From Candidatus Iainarchaeum sp. (lineage in GTDB: Archaea; Iainarchaeota; Iainarchaeia; Iainarchaeales; 1-14-0-10-31-34): a stretch of 64,000 nucleotides of DNA. The stretch spans positions 34,112-98,111 of the forward strand of contig JBFMAK010000004.1 in the NCBI GenBank assembly GCA_040755695.1, given 5' to 3'. The notes under the pieces are model-generated. The model did no database searches. It saw nothing but the letters and a program-made list of their open reading frames with translations, and had not been told where the DNA came from. Below are positions 26,891 through 34,026 of this stretch, in pieces (within the stretch, counting starts at the first letter, position 1; each line of letters begins with the position of its first letter). The translations under genes and the position numbers were made by a program.

Positions 26891-27259
26891 TTATCTTCTG
26901 AATATCCTTCTGTAAAGTTTCCTTACAGGGTGTTTTTTAGTTCTTACATGACCGGGTTCATTTATTATTGTATGATTAATTCTGCCTAGGAAATCATATT
27001 TCTTTTCAATTGTTTTAAAAGAAGTGCTGCCGTCCATAATACTTCTTATTTTACGCATTACTGTTTCTGACTGTCTTTTTCCGTTATGGCCCCACACTCG
27101 TTCTATTGTTGTGGTTTTTTCGGGCATATTAGTACTTATATGGTCAACTTTTTTTCTGATTATGATTTCTCTAAATACATTATTTGGTTTATCAAATATT
27201 ATGTCTTTGGATCTTCCATTAATTGCTTCTCTAACTTGTTGCTCTGTCAAATTTTTCAT
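26891..27259 (-). CDS. Small basic hypothetical protein (ORFan)
   Basis: 122-aa ORF with an R/K-rich C-terminus (HPVRKLYRRIFRR); TATA-like TTTATATAA upstream. Confidence 0.6.
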   Translation of the reverse strand: MKNLTEQQVREAINGRSKDIIFDKPNNVFREIIIRKKVDHISTNMPEKTTTIERVWGHNGKRQSETVMRKIRSIMDGSTSFKTIEKKYDFLGRINHTIINEPGHVRTKKHPVRKLYRRIFRR

Positions 27260-27346
27260 TAATATCTCTCATTATATCCTATTAGTAAATAAGCTCTTTC
27301 TTATATAAAAATTTTTTGTTTTTAATTATTTTAAGGGGGAATAATA

Positions 27347-27844
27347 ATGGATAAAGCAAGGTTTTCGGTCATTGAAATAGAGAACCCTGAAACAAACGAA
27401 ATAATCATAGGCCAAGGCAATTTTACGGTGAAAACAATAGAAGACTTCTATGACGTCCTGGTGAGCAGCAGTCCTGGAATAGAATTCGGGGTGGCAATGA
27501 ACGAGGCAAAACCAAAGCTGGTTAGAGTGAACGGGAACTTACAAGAACTAAAGGACAGGGCAGCAAAAACCTGCCTTCAATTAGGCGCAGGCCATGCATT
27601 CGTGATATACTTCAGGAAAGCCTTTCCATTGCACGTATTGAACGCAATAAAATCAATGCCCACAATAGCAAACATTTACTGCGCTACAAGCAATCCCCTG
27701 CAATTAATCACAGCAGAAACATCACTGGGAAAAAGCATTACAGGTGTTGTTGATGGAACAGCAGCAGACAAAATTGAAACACCAAAAGAAAAAAAAGAAA
27801 GGCTTGAACTGTTAGAAAAATTAGGCTTCAGGAAAAAAGAATAA
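27347..27844 (+). CDS. Adenosine-specific kinase family protein (DUF355)
   Basis: IIIGQGNF, FGVAMNEA, GAGHAFVI, IYCATSNPLQ and ITGVVDG. Confidence 0.85.
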   Translation: MDKARFSVIEIENPETNEIIIGQGNFTVKTIEDFYDVLVSSSPGIEFGVAMNEAKPKLVRVNGNLQELKDRAAKTCLQLGAGHAFVIYFRKAFPLHVLNAIKSMPTIANIYCATSNPLQLITAETSLGKSITGVVDGTAADKIETPKEKKERLELLEKLGFRKKE

Positions 27845-27847
27845 AAA

Positions 27848-27971
27848 GCGGCTATAGTCTAGTGGTTAGGATTCGAGCTTCCCAAATCAGAACCTAACGG
27901 TTCCGATACCTCCCTTAAGAGGTTGTGATTGGAGTGAGCTCGCTACCCGGGTTCGAATCCCGGTAGCCGCA
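27848..27971 (+). tRNA. tRNA-Gly(CCC) with a 52-nt intron at 37/38 (27885-27936, boundary ambiguous by 1 nt)
   Basis: GCGGCTA/TAGCCGC acceptor; CGAGC-TT-CCC-A|intron|A-GCTCG; central helix TTCC/GGAG with a relaxed BHB; T arm CCGGG-TTCGAAT-CCCGG. Confidence 0.93.
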
Positions 27972-27993
27972 CTTCAAGTTTGGTTATTTGGAT

Positions 27994-28848
27994 TTAGTCT
28001 TTTCCAACAGTGCCTAATGCTAAGGCATACGAATAGAATGGGCCTCAAAGCTCATGGTATTTTGCCGGCTGTTTTTCTATTTCAAAGTAATTTTTTACGA
28101 ATTCAGAAAACTTCAGCCATTTCTCCCTGTGCTCTCTGGCTTTTTGCGTAAAAGAAAAAAACAAAGATATGTTGAACCAAATGCGAGCTTCAAATTGGAT
28201 TATGGAAAAATCCCTGGCAAACATTATAAGAAAATGATTCAAGAAGAAATACAAGAAAAACAAACCTGCAATAAAAAATAGTAATTCAATAATAAAAAAA
28301 GGAAAAAATCCAGTTAAAAAAGCAAATATGATAAAAAGCGGAAAAATAAATATCATTGAAAATGCCCCTACTGCCCAGAAGAAAATAAATTGAAAGATAT
28401 AAATTTTCATGAGCTCTTCCTTTCCCATCTCATTAACAAAAGACATCTGGCTCATGCTCGTCAAACCTTCTGTTTTGAATTCAACAATTAAAGCATTCTC
28501 AAATTTTTGCCAGAATTCCTTGTATTTGTCACTGAGAGCCTGCTTAAGTTCAGTGAAGCTGAATCTTTTGTTTTCTTTTTTAATCCATTCCATCAGAAAA
28601 TTCAATACAACCAATTCAGAGGTGTTTAAGCCTGCTGTTTTTTCATCATTAATTCTTGGAAAAAATTCTTCACCAAAACTTTCAAGCTTGACTGCCCCTT
28701 TGTCTTCCAGCCTGAAAATTGAAGCCATAAAACTATTTTTTGAAAAATACTTTTTCACTAGAAATTCTGCAAGGCCAGGAGAATAATCAAAAGGTGGCTT
28801 TTCAAAATATTCTCCCACAAAAATCAACTCTAAACTATTAATATACAA
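27994..28848 (-). pseudogene. DUF2207-like membrane protein remnant (N-terminally truncated, premature TGA)
   Basis: PPFDYSPG...SIFRLEDKG and WLKFSEFVKNY; the frame continues past TGA(28045-28047) as GPFYSYALALGTVGKD*, matching the family C-terminal motif LW..Y..YA.ALG. Confidence 0.65.
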
Positions 28849-28927
28849 AAGCTTTAAATATTACCTTAACTCTTTAAACTAATTGAAAAGCATTTTTTAA
28901 TGCTTCAAATAAAAGGGAGGTTTAACA

Positions 28928-29200
28928 ATGACATTGCAGGAAATAAAAAGCCTTGACATAATGTCAGCAGCCAAAATCTACGGGGCAATGGGATTTATTG
29001 CAGGCATAATAATGGGAATAAGTATCTTGATATTTGGAACAGCAGCCTCAGGAGCTCTGGGTTTTGGCGTTGGTTTATTGGGCTTCATAATGGCAGTAGT
29101 ACTTTACACAATTATTGGCTTTGTTGGAGGCCTTGTAGGAGCATTCATCTATAACATTATTGCAGGTTTCATCGGCGGAATAAAAATAGAATTGAAGTAA
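28928..29200 (+). CDS. Small two-TM Gly-rich membrane protein (DUF3566-like)
   Basis: EIKSLDIMSAAKIYG...GGIKIELK pattern; GGGAGG RBS. Confidence 0.7.
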   Translation: MTLQEIKSLDIMSAAKIYGAMGFIAGIIMGISILIFGTAASGALGFGVGLLGFIMAVVLYTIIGFVGGLVGAFIYNIIAGFIGGIKIELK

Positions 29201-29238
29201 ATAAACCGCCCCCTTTTTCTTTTTTTTATTTTTTTGGG

Positions 29239-29432
29239 TTAAAGGTTTTTTGTTAGTTCTGATTTGAGTTTTTCGAATAATTTGCTTGAAATCTTTCCGA
29301 TTTCTTTCAGGAATAATAGCTTTTCCATATTTCATCTTCTTTGTTATCCCAAATCTTTTCCAACGCCTTCTGGGACAAAGCAGCCTTAGAATAATTCTCT
29401 TCCTCAATCTTTTCTCTGCCTGGTTCTCTCAT
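29239..29432 (-). pseudogene. Degraded type II TA module: short antitoxin-like ORF (29307-29432) plus internally deleted PemK/MazF-like toxin (29239-29328)
   Basis: Manual translations: MREPGREKIEEENYSKAALSQKALEKIWDNKEDEIWKSYYS and, overlapping its end, MEKLLFLKEIGKISSKLFEKLKSELTKNL. Confidence 0.55.
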
Positions 29433-29458
29433 GATCTTGCTCCTGCTATTATATAACA

Positions 29459-30334
29459 CTAATCTTCTTTTATTAAAGTAGATTTGATTAACTGTTTTTC
29501 TTTTCTCTTGAACAAGGACTTAATTTCATTTAATTCCTTGTGTGGGCCAATGAATGTAATGGAAGGGAAATGAATGAATACCTTGATGCCTGAGAATTCA
29601 AGCGAAAGATTCTTTGAGGAGTCATACAAAAAGTTTTCGCTTACCAGTTCAAGCAATTTATCAAGAGACTGAACTGGAAGAAGTAAAGAATTCTCTTTCT
29701 TTTTTGCATTGAATTTGGCTGAAACCAAGTCAATGAAGGAAAGGTCATTTGATTCAAGAAAGAATTCCTGCGGTTGGAGCATGCTTTGGATTCTGGAAAT
29801 GCATTCAAGGGAATTCCAGTTCAAGTCCAAAGAAAAAAAGTCATTGAAATTGAATTCCTTGAGCGATTCAATGTGAGAGGAAAAAACCTTTGAAAGGTAA
29901 TCCAGGTGCCTTGCCTTCAATTCAATCCTCTTGTTCAATTCAATTAACTCGCTTACATTGAACTGGCTTGAACTCTTTGCTGCCTTCAGGAGCTCTGAGT
30001 CCTCTTTTGCTCGCTCAATTAAGGTTTGAAGGTACTGCACAATGGATTCAATTTCGTTCTCTGCGTTCTTGGTTTTGAGCAGGGAATTCAATTTCATTAA
30101 AAGCTTGTTCTTCATTTCAGAGTTAATTTCAGTTGCTCCTTTGTCTGTAATAAAGAAGTGTTCTCCTTTTTTTGTTATTAAGCCCAGGGAAAGGCAGTCC
30201 TTTAAAGTCCTTGAAAGGGAGGCCTTGGCTGAATTCATTGAACTATAAGAAGAAGAGGTTTTTCCGAGCAAGGAATTAAAGCTTATTCCCTGATATTGTT
30301 TAATCATCAGCAGAACAGAATTCTTTACAGTCAT
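29459..30334 (-). CDS. Hypothetical protein with an N-terminal winged helix and a coiled coil
   Basis: MTVKNSVLLMIKQ...LSRTLKDCLSLGLITKKGEHFFITDKG is a wHTH-like pattern. Confidence 0.7.
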   Translation of the reverse strand: MTVKNSVLLMIKQYQGISFNSLLGKTSSSYSSMNSAKASLSRTLKDCLSLGLITKKGEHFFITDKGATEINSEMKNKLLMKLNSLLKTKNAENEIESIVQYLQTLIERAKEDSELLKAAKSSSQFNVSELIELNKRIELKARHLDYLSKVFSSHIESLKEFNFNDFFSLDLNWNSLECISRIQSMLQPQEFFLESNDLSFIDLVSAKFNAKKKENSLLLPVQSLDKLLELVSENFLYDSSKNLSLEFSGIKVFIHFPSITFIGPHKELNEIKSLFKRKEKQLIKSTLIKED

Positions 30335-30412
30335 CAATAAATAAAAGGAATGCGAAAGAAATAAAAATAAGATAAGCACTTCATTTAATAGCAAAAGAAA
30401 AGAAGGAAAAAA

Positions 30413-31213
30413 ATGATTTACTCAATAATAAATTCAATAAAGCTGCTGGCAACAAAACCCTTCTATATAATAACGGCTTTGGTGATAAGCATCATCAATG
30501 CAGTCCTATTATTTTTCGTCCAGGACGACTTAACGCAGTTTTTGAGCGGTTCTCTCCTAACAGGAAACCTGCCTTCAAGCAATATCACTGTACTGCCGTA
30601 CCAGGTAATTTCAATGTACCCAAAGCAGTCAATAGAATTGATTGCAGTCTTCTTCTTGTGGATTCTATTGAATGTAATGCTTTTCTTTGGCTTTGCCCAT
30701 TACTCAAAAAAATTAAACCAGAAAAAGGCAAATGCGGGCGCATCATTCGGCTTCATGGCAGAAAAACTGCTTGAGGCAGTGAAAGTTACAGTGTTCTTTT
30801 TCTTGATTGGAGCATTGTTTGCAACCTTAATCTGGTTTGCATTGGTTTTAACCATATCAAACGCAATTCTGGGGATTATTGCATTAATAATACTGGCAAT
30901 CATACTGCTTTTGGTTTTAATTGAATTCATTCTGACTCCTGCCGTGATGGCAGCAGAAGAACTGAAATTAAAGGAAGGCCTAAAAGAAACATTTGCCTTC
31001 TCCTCAAAGCACTCGATCGAAATATTAATACTCATAATAATTATTGGAGTGATTGACACCCTGATAAACGAAATAATAATTTTAATAGAAGATTTTTCCT
31101 TTGCGCAGAATTACTGGGTCCAGAACGGAATTGAAATAATTGCGGCATTGATTGTCACTTCCCTTGCATTCTTAATCTTAACCCAATTCTACTTAACAAA
31201 GAAAAAAGAATAA
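30413..31213 (+). CDS. Multi-pass membrane protein of unknown function
   Basis: 266 aa with about six hydrophobic segments; co-oriented with smc. Confidence 0.75.
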   Translation: MIYSIINSIKLLATKPFYIITALVISIINAVLLFFVQDDLTQFLSGSLLTGNLPSSNITVLPYQVISMYPKQSIELIAVFFLWILLNVMLFFGFAHYSKKLNQKKANAGASFGFMAEKLLEAVKVTVFFFLIGALFATLIWFALVLTISNAILGIIALIILAIILLLVLIEFILTPAVMAAEELKLKEGLKETFAFSSKHSIEILILIIIIGVIDTLINEIIILIEDFSFAQNYWVQNGIEIIAALIVTSLAFLILTQFYLTKKKE

Positions 31214-31237
31214 ATAAAGCATTAAACAGTGAAAGAA

Positions 31238-34024
31238 ATGGCCACAATAGCAAAGCTCAGGCTGAAAAACTTCAAGTCATTCAACAAAGCATTAATTCCT
31301 TTCAGCCAAGGCTTCACCTCAATAGCAGGAAGCAACGGAAGCGGAAAATCAAACATCCTTGACGCACTAATGTTTGTATTAGGAATAACAAGCCTTAAAA
31401 CCCTGCGCGCTTCAAAGCTCACAGACCTGGTGAACCACAACGCAACAGAAGGATACGCCTTAGTGGAGATTGAACTCCAAAACAAGGAAAACAATTACAT
31501 GCTTTCAAGGGAAATAGACAAAAAGGGAGTTTCAGTTTTCAGGCTAAACGGAAAGAGAAGCACATTAAACGAAGCCAACAGCCTCTTGAACGAATTAGGC
31601 ATAAGGGCAGACGGCTACAATATTGTGGTGCAAGGAGACATCACAAGAATAATTGAAATGAATGCAGTGGAGAGAAGGGAAATAATTGATGACCTTGCAG
31701 GGCTTAGGGAGTACGACGAAAAAAAAGGTGAAGCACTAAAGGAATTGGACAAAGTAGACCAGAAAATCAAGGAAGTGACAATTGTACTAAAGGAAAGGGA
31801 ATCATATTTAGAGGAAATAAAAAAAGAGAGGGAAGCAGCATTAGAGCACCAGAAGCTTTCAGCAGAATTGCAGCAGACTAAAGCAACCCTGCTTGACAGC
31901 GAAATAAAAAAAATAAACAAGGAAAGCAATGAATTCCAAGAAAAAAAGATGGAATTCACCCAGTCAAGGGAAAAAGCAGAGGGAACATTAAAAGAAATAG
32001 CAGAAGAAGAAAAAAGAATACAGCAAAAAATTGAAGAACTCAACAGAAAAATAATTGAGTCAAGCCAGAAAACCTATGCAGGAATAGGAATAGAATTAGA
32101 GGAAGCAAAATCAGAGAAAAGGCTCAGCGAAGAAAAAATCAGCCAGAGAAAGGAATTCACCATAAGGATAAACAACAGGATTCACTCCATCACAGAAAAA
32201 GCAAACTCAATAAAGGAAAGAAAAACAGAAACAAAAAATAGAATTAAAGAAATCCAGGAAAAAGAGCTTGAGTTTGAAGAAAAAATAAAAGAAAAGGAAA
32301 ACCAAATAAAAAAAGAAAAAGAGAGGATTGGCTCAATAAAAGAAAAAATAAACAGGCTCAAAGAAAAAATAAAAAACGAGAATATCAAGCTCAACAAAAG
32401 CAAAGAAGAATTCTTCCAGTCAAAAGCAGAAAGCGAAAGGCTCAAAAAAGAAATAGAAACACAAGAAGAAGCACTCAAAGAAATAAAAGAAGACCTTGCC
32501 TCAATAAATGTCTTCAGCAAAAGCAAGGGCCTAAGGGAAAAAATAAAGGGCTTGCAAAGACTCATTGAAGAAACACAGAAAGCCCTAGGAAAAGAGAAAG
32601 CAAGGGAAATAGAGAAAATAAAGGCTTTGACAAAAGAGATTGAGACAGGATTAAAGGAAATCCTTGAGGGCGTAGAGGAATTAAGCCCTGAAAATAAAAG
32701 GCAAAAAATTGAAGCCTTACAGAAAGAGAATGCAAAGAAATTCAAGGAAAGCTTTGAGCTGAAGTCAAGGCAAGAGAAAGAAATTGAATTAATAGAAAAA
32801 GAAACAGAAATAAGGGAGAGAGAAAGAATCGAGTTAGAGGCAATGCTTGGAGAGGAGAGTGGAACAGAAAAAGAATTAAGTGAACTGAAAGCCCAAAAGA
32901 TTGAAGCAGGGCTTCAAATAAATTCATTCAATGAAAGCCTAGGGGAAATGGAATTCAACGAGAAGGAAGGCATAAAAGAAACAAAAGACTTAATGGAAGA
33001 CATTGACAGCGCAAGAAAGGCAATGGCAAAAGAAGAAGAGAGAATAAGCGAACTGAATGAAAAGATAAGGAAACTGAATATTGAGCTCGAGAAGCAGACG
33101 CAGGAAAGCCATTACCTCTATGAAGAAAAAGAAAAGGAAAGCACGAAGACAGGCGCACTGCAGGAAAAAAAACTGAAGCTGGAACAAAAAATATCTAAGT
33201 TGATAAAGGAAGAAAACGAGATAGAGATAGAGAAATCAAAGAACGAGGTAAGGCTTGTTGACCTGCAGGAGGAATTCAAGGATTTAAGCGAAATAAAGAA
33301 ACTTGAAGGATTTGAAATAGAGGAATTAAGGGAGAGAATGCTTGAATGCGACAAGAGAATAAAGGAGTTAGGCCCAATAAACCTCAAAGCAATAGAGTCA
33401 TTCGAGGGCCACGCAAAAGAATTGATTGAAATAAAAGAGAAATCAGAGAAACTGGACAAGGAGAGGAATGCAGTAATCGAAATGATTGACAAGATTGAAG
33501 TGAAAAGGCTCAATGTATTCACTGAATGCTTCAATCAAATAAACCAGAACTTCAAGAAAATGTACGAGGCATTGGCAGAAGGAGAAGGCTTTTTGAGGCT
33601 GAGCAATGAATTGGACCCATTGAATTCAGGCCTGTTAATTGAAGCAAAGCACGAAAGCGAGAAATTAAAGAACATTGATTCAATGAGCGGGGGAGAAAAA
33701 AGCCTTACTGCAATAGCATTCCTTTTCGCAATACAATTATACCAGCCGGCTCCATTCTACTTCTTTGACGAGGCAGACGCTGCACTAGACAAAGCCAATT
33801 CAGTCAAATTAGCAAGAATGATAAGGCAGATATGCTCTGAAAGCCAGTTCATTGCAATAACCCACAATGACGTCCTAATAAAAGAATCAGACCAAATAAT
33901 AGGCGTTGCATTGAACGAAAACAACACTTCAGTCATAGGACTAAAATTAAGGGAAGAATACGAAAAAAAAATAAAAGAAAACAATTCTCCAGAAAAAAAA
34001 CAGCAAGCAATACAAATTGCCTGA
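31238..34024 (+). CDS. smc: Chromosome segregation protein SMC (no recognisable hinge)
   Basis: LKNFKSF, GSNGSGKSN, Q-loop VVQGD, LGPINLKAIE, MSGGEKS and FFDEADAALD; continuous coiled coil between the two head halves. Confidence 0.88.
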   Translation: MATIAKLRLKNFKSFNKALIPFSQGFTSIAGSNGSGKSNILDALMFVLGITSLKTLRASKLTDLVNHNATEGYALVEIELQNKENNYMLSREIDKKGVSVFRLNGKRSTLNEANSLLNELGIRADGYNIVVQGDITRIIEMNAVERREIIDDLAGLREYDEKKGEALKELDKVDQKIKEVTIVLKERESYLEEIKKEREAALEHQKLSAELQQTKATLLDSEIKKINKESNEFQEKKMEFTQSREKAEGTLKEIAEEEKRIQQKIEELNRKIIESSQKTYAGIGIELEEAKSEKRLSEEKISQRKEFTIRINNRIHSITEKANSIKERKTETKNRIKEIQEKELEFEEKIKEKENQIKKEKERIGSIKEKINRLKEKIKNENIKLNKSKEEFFQSKAESERLKKEIETQEEALKEIKEDLASINVFSKSKGLREKIKGLQRLIEETQKALGKEKAREIEKIKALTKEIETGLKEILEGVEELSPENKRQKIEALQKENAKKFKESFELKSRQEKEIELIEKETEIRERERIELEAMLGEESGTEKELSELKAQKIEAGLQINSFNESLGEMEFNEKEGIKETKDLMEDIDSARKAMAKEEERISELNEKIRKLNIELEKQTQESHYLYEEKEKESTKTGALQEKKLKLEQKISKLIKEENEIEIEKSKNEVRLVDLQEEFKDLSEIKKLEGFEIEELRERMLECDKRIKELGPINLKAIESFEGHAKELIEIKEKSEKLDKERNAVIEMIDKIEVKRLNVFTECFNQINQNFKKMYEALAEGEGFLRLSNELDPLNSGLLIEAKHESEKLKNIDSMSGGEKSLTAIAFLFAIQLYQPAPFYFFDEADAALDKANSVKLARMIRQICSESQFIAITHNDVLIKESDQIIGVALNENNTSVIGLKLREEYEKKIKENNSPEKKQQAIQIA

Positions 34025-34026
34025 AA

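Noticed and set aside
28045-28047. TGA read as Trp (alternative genetic code)
   Set aside because: Many clearly complete genes in the window end in TGA, and no other in-frame TGA was seen in conserved genes.
29250-29266. AAATCAGAAC on the minus strand resembling repeat family A
   Set aside because: Only the first 10 nt match, with no complementary arm; it is explained by the codons of the toxin remnant.
29075-29407. 110-aa basic minus-strand ORF
   Set aside because: It overlaps a better-supported plus-strand gene and a poly-T terminator; the alternative frames give the TA-remnant peptides.
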